A stretch of DNA of 61,606 nucleotides from Kiritimatiellota bacterium (GCA_009778475.1 WRJS01000004.1:1-61606), one strand, 5' to 3'. Positions 46,053-56,683 are shown, counted from the stretch's first letter. Made by a program: numbers and translations. Notes: a model not told the origin generated them from the letters alone.

Positions 46053-46721
46053 ATGAAACGGATCGGAATTATCGGGGCCGGCAGGTTCGGCCGGTCACTT
46101 GTCGAGAGCCTCGCGGAATACGGGGTTGAGATACTGCTCATCGACGAGAAGCGTGATGTCGTGCAGGACTTCTCGCAGTTCGTCACCAAGGCCATCGAGG
46201 GCGACGTCACGAACATCCGCACCCTCATGGAGGCGGGCTTCAAGGAGTGCGACGTGGCCATCGTCGGCATCGGCTCCAACCTCGAGGGCAGCATCCTCGC
46301 GACCGTCAACTGCAAGGACCTCGGCATCCCCAAGGTCATCGCCAAGGCCAACTCCGACCTCCACGGCAAAATCCTCAAGCGCGTCGGCGCGGACACCATC
46401 GTCTACCCCAACCGCGACTGCGCCAAGCGCCTCTGCCACGTCCTGCTCTCCAAAGGCGGGATCGACCTCTTCGAAATCTCCGACGGCTTCAGCATCGCCG
46501 AGATAGACGTCCCCGAACCCCTCCGCAACAAGTCCCTCGCCGAGGCCAGCGTCCGCAACACCTACGGCGTGACCGTCCTCTGCGTCCGCCGCCTCGCCGA
46601 CGACCCCGAGCAACCCCGCACCGTCATCATCCCCACCCCCACCGAGGTCATCCAGCCCGACGACAAGCTCCTCATCTTCGGCGCCAAGAAAAAAATCGAC
46701 ACCATCCTCACCGAAGCATGA
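46053..46721 (+). CDS. TrkA/KtrA-family potassium uptake RCK protein
   Basis: IIGAGRFG NAD-binding motif; TrkA_N plus TrkA_C architecture. Confidence 0.9.
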   Translation: MKRIGIIGAGRFGRSLVESLAEYGVEILLIDEKRDVVQDFSQFVTKAIEGDVTNIRTLMEAGFKECDVAIVGIGSNLEGSILATVNCKDLGIPKVIAKANSDLHGKILKRVGADTIVYPNRDCAKRLCHVLLSKGGIDLFEISDGFSIAEIDVPEPLRNKSLAEASVRNTYGVTVLCVRRLADDPEQPRTVIIPTPTEVIQPDDKLLIFGAKKKIDTILTEA

Positions 46722-47509
46722 GCTACTCCCACATCTTCGGCCCCGTCCCCTCGCGCCGCTACGGCCGCTCTTTGGGCGTTGACCTCTCGACCCCCAAGAC
46801 CTGCACGCTGAACTGCCGCTTCTGTCAGCTGGGCGACACCGCCCAGACGACCGTCACGCGCACGGGCACCCCCCCTATCACGGATGTGCTGAGCGAGCTG
46901 CGCCAATGGCTTTCGACGGCCATCCCCGTTGACTTCATCACCGCCAGCGGCTCCGGCGAGCCGACCCTGCACACGCGCTTCGGGGACCTCTTCCGCTTCA
47001 CCCGCGCCGAGACCCCGTTCTGCTCGCTCCTGCTCTCCAACGGCACGCTCTTCCATCTCCCCGAGGTCCGCCGCGAGGCCGCGCTGGCCGACGTCGTGAA
47101 AATCTCCCTCCACGCCTGGGACCAGGAATCCTTCGAGCGCACCGTGCGCCCGCACCCCTCGCTCCGGCTCGACGCGATCCTCGACGGCTACCGCGCCTTC
47201 CGCGACGCGTTCACGGGCCGCCTCGATCTGGAGGTTTTCATCATGCCCGGACTGAACGACGCGCCCGAACAGGCCGAGCGCATCGCGGCCCTTGCCCGCA
47301 GTTTCAGCCCTGACGGCATCTCGCTCAACACCGCTGTCCGCCCCACGGCCGACAGCCGGATTGCCGCCTGCCCCCCCGAACGCCTTGCGGCGCTAAAAGA
47401 GATATTCGGCGCGACCGCCAGCGCGAGCGGCTCACAGACCGCAATCCCGGACACCCTCTCCCCTGAAGCGCGAACCGCCCTTGCGCTACGGCATCCCGTA
47501 AGGCCTTGA
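46718..47509 (+). CDS. Radical SAM protein
   Basis: FGPVPSRRYGRSLGVDL, CTLNCRFC, GSGEPTL; start MSYSH overlaps the upstream stop. Confidence 0.9.
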   Translation: MSYSHIFGPVPSRRYGRSLGVDLSTPKTCTLNCRFCQLGDTAQTTVTRTGTPPITDVLSELRQWLSTAIPVDFITASGSGEPTLHTRFGDLFRFTRAETPFCSLLLSNGTLFHLPEVRREAALADVVKISLHAWDQESFERTVRPHPSLRLDAILDGYRAFRDAFTGRLDLEVFIMPGLNDAPEQAERIAALARSFSPDGISLNTAVRPTADSRIAACPPERLAALKEIFGATASASGSQTAIPDTLSPEARTALALRHPVRP

Positions 47510-47678
47510 ACGAAAATGTCCCTCTGTGAACCCCTGTGGAGTCACGGAGACCCCGTTGGCGCAAGCGCGACCCATGCCCAAAAAGCACGGGCTGTATGCA
47601 CCCCTTTAGGGGGGGCTGTGCGTGATTTTCCCCGCTGCGGGCAGAAATGCCCGCACCACCTTGTATTTCACAACAAGC

Positions 47679-48854
47679 CTATTTAATCCTGCCCCAGCGC
47701 GGCGACGTGAAGGGCCAATGCACGAAGGAGGCGGGGCCGAGGAGGTTGCGCTCCGGAACGGGGCCCCAGGCGCGGCTGTCGAAACTGTTAAACGAATTGT
47801 CGCCCATCGCGTAATATTCGTCGGGGCCGAGCGTGACCGTGTCCGCCGAAGTGATCAGCGTCCGCCCCGGTATTCTGCGCTGCCCCAAGACGTTGTTCTG
47901 GTCATACGGGTTAAAGCCTTTGTACGTGTCCCGCTCGCGCACCCAGTCGGCATGTCTCTCCTTGCGCGCGATCTGCCCCACGCGCTCGGGCTCGGTCACC
48001 GCCACGCCGTTGACGAGCAGGTTCGGCGCCTTCGCCTGGAGCGTCTCGTTCGGCAGGCCCATCATGCGCTTGATGTAGTGCGTGCCGGGCTGGTTCAGGT
48101 CCTTCATGCCGGATGTCGAGAACACCATGACCTCGCCGCGCTTGGGGTGGCAGAAATTCCACTTCCAGCGGTTGACGAACAGGAAGTCGCCCGACGTGAC
48201 AATGCCTGACCACAGCACGTCCCCGGCCTTGACGCGCTGAAGGAGTTTCACGCCGCCCCGAAGGCCGTAACTCGTGGGCGAGGAATCGATGACGTCACTC
48301 GGCACAAAATGCGCCACCCCGTTCACGATGACGGGGATGTAGCCGGGCTTCAGGCGGGCGTCGCCGAACGTCACCGTGCCGCTCGCCTTCGCCCGCACCA
48401 CCTTGAAGGATTTCCCCGTCACGAACCACTTGAGCAACTTCAGCGGCTGCCGGTCGAACGCCGTCATGGCGGCCGGGTCGAGAGGCTCAGCGTGGATGCC
48501 GTAGAGCGTGGGCTGCATGGAGCCGGTCGGGATTTGGAACGGCTGGTAGAAATACGCCCTGAACGCCATCGCCACGGAGAAGGCGACGACGAAGACATCG
48601 AACCATTCGCGGCACACGGCCAGCGGTTTCGGCGGGTCGAGCCGCTCGATGCACGCGACCAGCGCGTTGCCCGCCGCCGTCATCTCGTCGATGTCCCCGC
48701 CGGTCCGCGCCTGGCTCGCTTTCGAGATATGCTCGTCGAGAAACGCCAGTTGCCCGGTCGTCATCACATCCTCATGGCCCGCCCGCCAGGTCGCCGCCTG
48801 ATTCAGCACGCTCTTGATCTGCTTCCGTAATTTGCGCCTTTCAAAAAAAATCAT
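47679..48854 (-). CDS. lepB: Signal peptidase I
   Basis: IPTGSMQPTL, YIKR, MGDN..NSFDSRAWG. Confidence 0.93.
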   Translation of the reverse strand: MIFFERRKLRKQIKSVLNQAATWRAGHEDVMTTGQLAFLDEHISKASQARTGGDIDEMTAAGNALVACIERLDPPKPLAVCREWFDVFVVAFSVAMAFRAYFYQPFQIPTGSMQPTLYGIHAEPLDPAAMTAFDRQPLKLLKWFVTGKSFKVVRAKASGTVTFGDARLKPGYIPVIVNGVAHFVPSDVIDSSPTSYGLRGGVKLLQRVKAGDVLWSGIVTSGDFLFVNRWKWNFCHPKRGEVMVFSTSGMKDLNQPGTHYIKRMMGLPNETLQAKAPNLLVNGVAVTEPERVGQIARKERHADWVRERDTYKGFNPYDQNNVLGQRRIPGRTLITSADTVTLGPDEYYAMGDNSFNSFDSRAWGPVPERNLLGPASFVHWPFTSPRWGRIK

Positions 48855-48933
48855 GTCCTGTACTCCAACGTTCTTTGCATGAGAAATGAGGGGTCAAAAA
48901 ACACTCATTCCCGATTCCTAATACGTCTCTCTC

Positions 48934-49194
48934 TCACCAGCCCTTGTACGCATCGCGGCGGAGGGTGATGTGACTCACGGTGACCGTCTGGTCATCGACA
49001 ACATAGGCTATGCGCCAGTCGCCGACGCGGAGCGAGCGCATCCCGCTCAGGCTGTGCCGCAGGGGCTTGCCGAAGGAAAACGGTGCGGCGGTGAGGCGTT
49101 CACATATCGCGCGGAGCACCTGCTTCCTGTCGGCGGACGGCATCGCCGCGAGGTCATCGTCGGCCTTCCCGTCAAACACGACCTTATAGGGCAT
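48934..49194 (-). CDS. RelE/ParE-family toxin
   Basis: 86 aa; GKPL..L.G.RSLRVGDWRIAY. Confidence 0.88.
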   Translation of the reverse strand: MPYKVVFDGKADDDLAAMPSADRKQVLRAICERLTAAPFSFGKPLRHSLSGMRSLRVGDWRIAYVVDDQTVTVSHITLRRDAYKGW

Positions 49195-49426
49195 CGTATT
49201 TCCCCATGATCTCTTCGAGCGGTATCAGCACAGTGCTTGTCCTGATCCGCTCGTCGCAGATTGCGGACAGGCGCCTGTCCTCCTCGTCGCTGATCTCGTC
49301 AAGGGCGTCCTCGACGAGGGCGAGGAACGCGCCAGAGAGCGTGGTGTTCCCTGCCTTCGCCCGCCTCGCGAGGAGGTTAGAGACCCTCTTCGGCATCGTT
49401 ATCCTGTGTGTGGCTGTCTCTGCCAT
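49184..49426 (-). CDS. Cognate antitoxin (RHH-like N-terminus, acidic C-terminus)
   Basis: Small gene overlapping the toxin start; AAGGAG RBS; EEDRRL..IPLEEI. Confidence 0.75.
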   Translation of the reverse strand: MAETATHRITMPKRVSNLLARRAKAGNTTLSGAFLALVEDALDEISDEEDRRLSAICDERIRTSTVLIPLEEIMGKYDAL

Positions 49427-49549
49427 CTTAATGACTCCTTCCGTTTTCAAAATCACGTTTCAATAATATCACTTCCGTTATGAGAAATGGAATCGAAAAA
49501 TCTCAGGAGAAGTTATAAAAGTTTTGCGGTGCGCTTCTGCGAGAGCCAT

Positions 49550-51370
49550 TTACTCCTCCTCAGATGTCCCGCGCAGGACGGCGATGAAGGCGGATTGCGG
49601 GACGTTGACCTGCCCGAATTCCTTCATGCGCTTCTTGCCTTCCTTCTGCTTTTTCAGGACCTTCTGCTTGCGCGTCACGTCGCCGCCGTAGAGTTTCGCG
49701 GTCACGTCTTTGCGGAACGGGCGGATGTCCTCGCGCGCGATGATGGTGCGCCCGAGCGCGGCCTGCACGGGTATCTTGAACATGTGCGGGGGGATGGCCT
49801 CGGACAGGGCCTTGCAGATCTGCCGCCCGCGCGCGACGGCCTTGTCCTTGTGCACCATGCAGGAGAACGCGTCCACGACCTCGCCGTTGAGCAGGATGTC
49901 CATCTTCACGATGTCGCCGGGCTGGTAGCCGCACGGCTCGTAGTCCATGGACGCGTAGCCGTGGCTGACGCTCTTGAGCATGTCGTGGAAGTCGATGAGG
50001 ATTTCGTTCAGGGGCAGGATGCAGGTGAGGATCACGCGCTTGGCGTCGAGGCTCTCGGTCGCGCGCACCTCGCCGCGGCGGTCCATCACGATGCGCATCA
50101 TGTCGCCGATGCAGTCGCCGGGGCAGATGATGGTGGCCTTGATGACGGGCTCCTCGATCTGCTCGATGCGCGTGACGTCGGGCAGGTGCACGGGGTTGTC
50201 GATCTCCATGACCTCGCCGTCGCGCAGGACGACGCGGTAGATGACGGCCGGGTGGGTGCTGATGATGTCGAGGTCGAACTCGCGCCGCAAGCGCTCCTGC
50301 ACGACCTCCATGTGCAGCAGCCCCAGGAAGCCGCAGCGGAACCCGAAGCCCAGCGCGACCGAGCTCTCGGGGTGGAACGAGAACGCGGCGTCGTTGAGGT
50401 GCAGTTTCTCCAGCCCCGTGCGCACCTTCTCGTACTCGTCGGTGCTGACGGGGTACACGCCGCTGAACACCATCGGGCGCACGTCCTTGAAGCCCGGCAG
50501 CCGCTCCGTCGCGCCGTCCTTGACCGAGGTCACGGTGTCGCCGATCTTGATGTCCGCCGGGTTCTTGATGGTGCCGACGAGATACCCGACCTGCCCCGCC
50601 TCCAGCACGTCCACGGGCTTCTGCGTGGGGCTGAAGATGCCGACCTCGCGGATGAGCGTCGAGACGCCGCTGCCCATGAACTCCACATTGTCGCCGACTT
50701 TCAGCGAGCCGTCCATCACGCGCACATACGTGATCACGCCACGGTAGATGTCGAACACCGAATCGAACACCAGCGCGCGCAAGGGCGACTTGCCCCCGCG
50801 TGTGGACGGCGGGTGGATACGCGCCACAACCGCCTCCAGCACATCCGCCACGCCCTCGCCCGTTTTCGCGCTGATGTAGAGCGGGCCGGCCATGGGGATG
50901 CCCAGCACCTCCTCAATCTGGCGCGTCGTCTCCTCGATGTTCGCGCCCGGCAGGTCCACCTTGTTCAGCACCGGGACGATCTCCAGATTATTGTCGATGG
51001 CCAGGTACGTGTTCGCGACGGTCTGCGCCTCCACGCCCTGCGCCGCGTCCACGACCAAAATCGCGCCCTCGCACGCGCCCATGCTGCGCGACACCTCATA
51101 CGAGAAATCCACGTGGCCCGGCGTGTCGATGAGGTTGAAGCGGTACGTCTTGCCATCCCGCGCCGTGTACATCATCGAGACGGGATGCGACTTGATGGTG
51201 ATACCGCGCTCCCGCTCCAAGTCCATCGCGTCCAGCGTCTGCTCCCGCAGCTGCCGCAAATCAATCGCCTTCGTCGCCTCCAAGATGCGGTCCGACAGCG
51301 TCGTCTTACCGTGGTCAATGTGCGCGATGATGCAAAAATTCCGAATATGGTCCAGTGTGACTTCGTCCAT
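49550..51370 (-). CDS. lepA: Elongation factor 4
   Basis: IRNFCIIAHIDHGKTTLSDR, DTPGHVDF, GFLGLLH, KLYGGDVTRK. Confidence 0.97.
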   Translation of the reverse strand: MDEVTLDHIRNFCIIAHIDHGKTTLSDRILEATKAIDLRQLREQTLDAMDLERERGITIKSHPVSMMYTARDGKTYRFNLIDTPGHVDFSYEVSRSMGACEGAILVVDAAQGVEAQTVANTYLAIDNNLEIVPVLNKVDLPGANIEETTRQIEEVLGIPMAGPLYISAKTGEGVADVLEAVVARIHPPSTRGGKSPLRALVFDSVFDIYRGVITYVRVMDGSLKVGDNVEFMGSGVSTLIREVGIFSPTQKPVDVLEAGQVGYLVGTIKNPADIKIGDTVTSVKDGATERLPGFKDVRPMVFSGVYPVSTDEYEKVRTGLEKLHLNDAAFSFHPESSVALGFGFRCGFLGLLHMEVVQERLRREFDLDIISTHPAVIYRVVLRDGEVMEIDNPVHLPDVTRIEQIEEPVIKATIICPGDCIGDMMRIVMDRRGEVRATESLDAKRVILTCILPLNEILIDFHDMLKSVSHGYASMDYEPCGYQPGDIVKMDILLNGEVVDAFSCMVHKDKAVARGRQICKALSEAIPPHMFKIPVQAALGRTIIAREDIRPFRKDVTAKLYGGDVTRKQKVLKKQKEGKKRMKEFGQVNVPQSAFIAVLRGTSEEE

Positions 51371-51611
51371 ACGCTCTTTCAGTTAAAAGCCAAACAGTAT
51401 AGCGGTTTTAGACCGGTTTGTCATGTGAAAATTCTAAGATTAAACGAACCTGCGTTGCGCCGCCGCATCACCCCAGCATACGCCCGTCTCTCTTCCTTTG
51501 GTATGTCCATCTCCCTGTTTTTGATGTCATGAATGATGACGCAACGCGACCGATCCCTAATGTTTAATTCTTAATTGTATTTCTGCTGATGTTGCGGTAT
51601 GATGTTGCATT

Positions 51612-54401
51612 ATGAAATCGAGTATTCTTTTTTTCGTTGCGCTAATCCCTGCGTGGGGCGCAGTGTCGGCAATGCCGGAGAACCTTGCGCCGAAGGCGCA
51701 GGTGTCCGCGGATTCGGAGTACAGCGCGGATTATCTCGCGCGTTTCGTCACGAACGGGAAAATCGCGGACGAAGGCGGCCGCAGCGACCTCAAGCAGGCG
51801 TGGGCGGTGAACGGCCAGACGCACAAGGCGGGCGCGTCGCTGTCATTCCGCTGGGACGCACCCGTGGAGGTGCGCGAGGTGCTTTACTTCGGCCGCACGG
51901 CGTGGTTCGTGGAGGAGTGCTGGTCGGCTTGCGACGTGTATTGCGATGACGAGGCCGCGCCCGTGGTGTCCGTGCCGCTGGAGGCGAAGCACGGTCCGCA
52001 GCGTATCACGCTGCCCGAAGCGAAGGCGGTCACGCGCTTGCGCCTCGCGTTCAAAAACGGCGGCGGTCCGAATCCGGGCGCGTCAGAGATTATGGTGTTT
52101 GCGTCGCCGGTCTCGGAGCAGGATTTCGCGCGGTTCACGAGCGCGTACGCCAGCGAGGTGTCCGGGAGCGAAGCCTCCCTACAGGCGCAGGCCCGCATGA
52201 AGTCGGGGGGGCTGGGCTTCACGCAGGTGGTGCTGATCCAGCGCAGGCCGCTCAACCCGTCGCACGTTTACACCTATCATGTGGAGGGGCTGGAGCGCGG
52301 CGGCGGGCTGTACGCGCTTGCGGTGGGCGACGCGTCCCTGCACCAGCTTGTGGATGCGTCGGAGGGCATCATCCTCGATTGCCAGGTGTCGTATGACGGC
52401 TCGCAGATTCTGTTCAGCTGGAAGCGTACGATGGACGCGCCGTTCGAGATCTGGCGCATCCGCGTGGACGGCACGGGGCTGACGAAAGTCCTCGCCGACG
52501 CGTCGAACAACATGAACGCGTGTTGGCTGCCGGACGGCGGCATTGCGTTCATGTCCGACCGCAAGCCCGCGTTCGCGTACTGCTGGACAAGCACCTCGCC
52601 CGTGCTGTACCGCGCCGACGGCGACGGGCGCAACATCGTCAAGCTCTCGGCGAATTACCTGACGGACTTCACGCCGTCGGTGATGGCGGACGGGCGCGTC
52701 CTGTTCAGCCGCTGGGAGTATGTGGACCGCCCCGCGATTCCGATCCAGTCGCTCTGGGCGATCAACCCGGACGGCACGTCGCTGGCGGGGGTGTTCGGCA
52801 ACCGTGCCATCTCCCCCGCGACGTTCATGGAGGCGCGCGACCTCCCCGGCCAGCCCGGCCGCATCCTCTGCGTGATGACCAGCCACAACGGCCCGTGCCG
52901 CGGCGCCATCGGCCTACTCGACCTCACCAAGGGCGGCAACGCGCAGGACGCCATCCGCAACCTCACGCCCGACGTGCGCGTCAGGCCCGTCGGCGAAGGC
53001 GACGGCAACGACGTGGTCGGCCCCTACGAGAACCCCTTCCCGCTCGACGGCTCGCACTTCCTCGTCTCGCGCAAAGGCACGGTGCTGTTGCGCGACTACG
53101 ACGGCGCCGCCGACGTCGCGCTCTGCGAGCCGAAGGGCGGCCTTGGCTTCTACTCGCCGCAGCCCATCCGCGCGCGCGCCCTGCCGCAGTCGCCGCGCCC
53201 CCACCGCGTCGATCCCGCCGCCGCGCCGTGGGCCGACATCGTGATGCACGACGTGCGCATCGGCCTCGGCGACGCGGTCAAGCCCGGCGAGGTCAAACGC
53301 CTCGCGGTCGTGCAAGAGATGGAGAAAGACATCCGCTCCGACGTGTCCCAGCGCCAGTTCGGCTTCCAGTTCCCCGTCGTCTCCTGCGGCGCGACCTACG
53401 CACCCAAGCGCGTCATCGGCTTCGCCACCGTCGAGGCCGACGGCTCCGCGCACTTCAAAGTCCCCGCCGGCATCCCCGTTTACTTCCTGCCCCTCGACGC
53501 GGAAGGCCGCGCCGTCCAGCGTATGCGGACGTTCACGCACTTCATGCCCGGCGAGCAGCAGAGCTGCATCGGCTGCCACGCCGACCGCAACTACGTCTCA
53601 CCCACGCAGGTCACCCGCGAGGGCCGCTCCATCGCCGCCGCCCGCCCCGCGCAAGACCTCGCGCCGCCCGAGTGGGGCAGCAAGGACGGATTCAGCTTCG
53701 CGCGCGTCGTCCAGCCCGTGCTCGACAAGCACTGCGTGAAATGCCATTCGGGCAACCACAAGCTCGACCTCAGCCCCGACCGCACCGACTACTTCAACGT
53801 CGCCTACGAACACCTCGCCCGCCAAGGCACGCAGGCCGAGCACGGCAACGACGCGCACGGCGGCATGGCCCACTTCGGCAAGAACCCCTACACCTCATGG
53901 ATACCCTCCTTCAACGGCTGTGAGTCCAACATCCTCCAGATTGAGCCCAAGAGCTGGGGCTCGCCCGTCAGCAAGCTCGCCGATGTCATCATCAGTGGCC
54001 ACCCCAACAAGGACGGCAAGAACCGCGTCGCCCTCGCCGACGGCGAACGCCTCAAGATACTCATGTGGATTGACCTCGACGTGCCCTTCTACGGAACCTC
54101 CCAATCGCTCCAGCCCGAGCTGCGCGGCTGCCGCAAGATCGTCCCGCCCAACTTGGACGCGACCCTGAAAGAGGTCGCCGAGCGGCGCGGGTTCGACCTC
54201 CCCCGCACCTTCTACGTCCGCCTCGACAATCCCGAGCGCAACCCCTTCCTCGCCGTCCCCCTCGCCAACGGGCAGTTCGTGTCCAAGGACGACCCCGACT
54301 ACAAACGCATCCTCGCCTGCTTCGACGGTGTGCAGGAAGCCCTCGACAAACGCATCGACGTGGACTACCGCCAGGTGATTTGGGAAGTGGCCAAGGAATA
54401 G
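51612..54401 (+). CDS. Secreted HzsA-like beta-propeller protein with two CxxCH motifs
   Basis: FSRWEYVDR, INPDGT, VEADGSAHF, CIGCH, VQPVLDKHCVKCH. Confidence 0.82.
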   Translation: MKSSILFFVALIPAWGAVSAMPENLAPKAQVSADSEYSADYLARFVTNGKIADEGGRSDLKQAWAVNGQTHKAGASLSFRWDAPVEVREVLYFGRTAWFVEECWSACDVYCDDEAAPVVSVPLEAKHGPQRITLPEAKAVTRLRLAFKNGGGPNPGASEIMVFASPVSEQDFARFTSAYASEVSGSEASLQAQARMKSGGLGFTQVVLIQRRPLNPSHVYTYHVEGLERGGGLYALAVGDASLHQLVDASEGIILDCQVSYDGSQILFSWKRTMDAPFEIWRIRVDGTGLTKVLADASNNMNACWLPDGGIAFMSDRKPAFAYCWTSTSPVLYRADGDGRNIVKLSANYLTDFTPSVMADGRVLFSRWEYVDRPAIPIQSLWAINPDGTSLAGVFGNRAISPATFMEARDLPGQPGRILCVMTSHNGPCRGAIGLLDLTKGGNAQDAIRNLTPDVRVRPVGEGDGNDVVGPYENPFPLDGSHFLVSRKGTVLLRDYDGAADVALCEPKGGLGFYSPQPIRARALPQSPRPHRVDPAAAPWADIVMHDVRIGLGDAVKPGEVKRLAVVQEMEKDIRSDVSQRQFGFQFPVVSCGATYAPKRVIGFATVEADGSAHFKVPAGIPVYFLPLDAEGRAVQRMRTFTHFMPGEQQSCIGCHADRNYVSPTQVTREGRSIAAARPAQDLAPPEWGSKDGFSFARVVQPVLDKHCVKCHSGNHKLDLSPDRTDYFNVAYEHLARQGTQAEHGNDAHGGMAHFGKNPYTSWIPSFNGCESNILQIEPKSWGSPVSKLADVIISGHPNKDGKNRVALADGERLKILMWIDLDVPFYGTSQSLQPELRGCRKIVPPNLDATLKEVAERRGFDLPRTFYVRLDNPERNPFLAVPLANGQFVSKDDPDYKRILACFDGVQEALDKRIDVDYRQVIWEVAKE

Positions 54402-54437
54402 TGCCGGGAGCGTAGCAAAAAAACTTCTAAATTCCCA

Positions 54438-54466
54438 TTGACTTTGCACAGCAAAATTGGTATGGT
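54438..54466 (+). promoter_or_regulatory. Putative promoter of the RRM gene
   Basis: TTGACT-17bp-TATGGT. Confidence 0.45.
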
Positions 54467-54716
54467 ATCAAATACAAATTGCGAGAAGTGTTTGTTTTCG
54501 CGGTTGAGGATTCGCTGAGGTCAGCGGAGGGCGCATTTTTTTCAGGGTCGGGCGTCGAAGGTCGGAACGCCCGGGAGGAGGATTCTTGAGGGGCTGTTTG
54601 GTTTGCGTGTGCGGATCGGGCGGCATAGGCGGGTTGCCTACACAACTGGGTTTGCCATGGGGCTCGGTTCTGCCTGGTACACGGTAACATGGTATGGTTC
54701 AAGTGAAGGATAGAAA

Positions 54717-55070
54717 ATGGACATCTATGTGGGCAATCTTGCCTATTCAACGAATGATGAGTCCCTGAAAGAAGCGTTCTCGCCTTACGGCGAAGTGGCC
54801 TCGGCTCGCGTCGTTACGGACCGCATGACCGGTCGCTCGAAGGGCTTCGGCTTTGTCGAGATGCCGGACCGCACCCAGGCGCAGGCGGCGATTGACGCGC
54901 TGAACGGCAAGGACTTGGATGGGCGTGCATTGCGCGTGAACGAGTCGCAGCCGAAACCGCGCGAGGAGCGTCGCGGCGGCGGTGGTGGTGGCGGCGGCGG
55001 CTTCGGCGGCGGCCGTGGCGGGCGTGGCGGCGGCGGCGACCGCCGCGAGCGTCGCGAGACCCGTTGGTAA
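54717..55070 (+). CDS. RRM RNA-binding protein with Gly-rich tail
   Basis: IYVGNL (RNP2), KGFGFVEM (RNP1). Confidence 0.95.
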   Translation: MDIYVGNLAYSTNDESLKEAFSPYGEVASARVVTDRMTGRSKGFGFVEMPDRTQAQAAIDALNGKDLDGRALRVNESQPKPREERRGGGGGGGGGFGGGRGGRGGGGDRRERRETRW

Positions 55071-55104
55071 TCAGCGCGTTCGTTTTACGAATCGATTGAT
55101 TGTG

Positions 55105-55142
55105 ACGAGCCGCCCCTGCCGGGGACGGCTCGTTTTCGTTTT
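55105..55142 (+). terminator. Intrinsic terminator
   Basis: acgagccgcccc-tgcc-ggggacggctcgt followed by a T-rich tract. Confidence 0.7.
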
Positions 55143-55157
55143 CACGCAAGGAGCGTT

Positions 55158-56108
55158 ATGTTTCATTTTCTCGCGCAGCAGCCGGCGGCCGCCACGGAAG
55201 AGGTCGCCAACCACATGGTGAAAGTCGTCCAGAAAGAGGTCAACAACGTCCAGAAAATGACGGAGACGATTATCGAGTGGTTCGTGAAGAACAGCGCGCA
55301 GTTTTTCCTCGACGTGCTGATCGCGTGCGTGATTGCCCTCGTCGGCGCGTACCTGATTCGCCTGCTGACCTTCTCGACGCGCAAGTTGCTCCAGAAAAGC
55401 CACCGGGTCAACGAGCTCATCGAGGTGTTCATCTGCAGCGTCGTGCAGAAGGTGGCCTGGGGCATCCTGCTGATGCTGATCCTGCAGCGGTTGGGCATCA
55501 ACGTCGCGCCGCTCATCGCGGGCGTCGGCGTGATGGGGTTCATCATCGGCTTCGCCTGCCAGGAGTCGCTCGCGAACCTCGCGGCGGGCATGATGATCGC
55601 CCTCAACCAGCCCTTCAAGGTCGGCGACTTCGTCCTGGCCGGCGAGGTGCAGGGCTCCGTCACCGAGCTCAACATGATGGCCACCACCCTGCTCACGCCC
55701 GACTACAAGAAGATCACCGTCCCCAACAAGGTCATCTGGGGCAGCCCCATCACCAACTACTCCGCCATGGGCCGCCGCCGCGTCGAGATCACCGTCGGCA
55801 TCGCCTACAGCGCCAGCATCGAGAAGGCCAAGCAGGTCGCCCTCGACACCCTCCGCGCCAACCCGCTGGTCCTCACCGACCCCGCCCCCATCGCCGAGGT
55901 CGTCTCCTTCGGCGACTCCTCCGTCAACTTCGTGCTGCGCCCCTGGTGCAAGCCCTCCGACTACTGGGCCGTGCACTTCGCGGTCACCCGCGCCATCAAA
56001 GAGGCCTTCGACAAGAACGGCATCGAGATCCCCTTCCCCAACCGCACCGTTCACCTGCTCCAAGGCACCGCGCCATCCCCCGTGCACGACGGCGACCGCA
56101 CGCTCTGA
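55158..56108 (+). CDS. mscS: Small-conductance mechanosensitive channel
   Basis: GFACQESLANLAAG, PFKVGD, VPN, ITNYS, GIEIPFP. Confidence 0.92.
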   Translation: MFHFLAQQPAAATEEVANHMVKVVQKEVNNVQKMTETIIEWFVKNSAQFFLDVLIACVIALVGAYLIRLLTFSTRKLLQKSHRVNELIEVFICSVVQKVAWGILLMLILQRLGINVAPLIAGVGVMGFIIGFACQESLANLAAGMMIALNQPFKVGDFVLAGEVQGSVTELNMMATTLLTPDYKKITVPNKVIWGSPITNYSAMGRRRVEITVGIAYSASIEKAKQVALDTLRANPLVLTDPAPIAEVVSFGDSSVNFVLRPWCKPSDYWAVHFAVTRAIKEAFDKNGIEIPFPNRTVHLLQGTAPSPVHDGDRTL

Positions 56109-56269
56109 CGGGGAGGCGTCCACGCATAAACAAGCGGGTCATCCATCAACTGGGTTGGCTGGCTCCCTGACGGTGGTCTGCCTGACGGCATCCTCCTGCA
56201 AACTGCCCCGCGCGCCCCTGCCAGCAGGGCTCGACTTTTCCGGTTTCGGATTAACAGGATATTTTTTTT

Positions 56270-56620
56270 CACCACAAAGGGCGCAATGGATTGCACAATG
56301 GACACAATGCAATACCTTGAAACTAGTGCCCATTGTGCATCCTATTGTGCCCATTGCGGTTAAATTAAACGGAGGTTTATTTTAGACAGGGTTGTTTTCG
56401 CGCAGGGACGCAAAGGCGCAGAGATTTTTGCATGGTCAACTTCTGAAAAAAAACTCCGCGTCTCTGCGCCTCTGCGCGAGAAAAAACGGAGGTTTATTTT
56501 TGACAGGATGAACAGGATTTTACAGGATTGTTGTTTAATCTGTGAAATCTGTGTCATCTGCGGTTAAATGAAAACAGACGAATACTATCTCACACGGAGA
56601 CGCAAGGATTTTCTGACAGG
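56270..56620. repeat. Intergenic cluster of short inverted and tandem repeats
   Basis: cacaatg/cattgtg inverted set, cgcagag/ctctgcg pair, acaggat and atctgtg runs, aaacggaggtttatttt twice. Confidence 0.65.
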
Positions 56621-56683
56621 GTTACTCCTTATTCCCGCCTCCTTGCTGCTTCCCTGCTATCCTTTCTGTCCCTCTCATTGCGC

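Noticed and set aside
40305-54401. Anammox hydrazine synthase function
   Set aside because: No hzsB/C or hao context; carbohydrate-binding fusions indicate the widespread uncharacterised family
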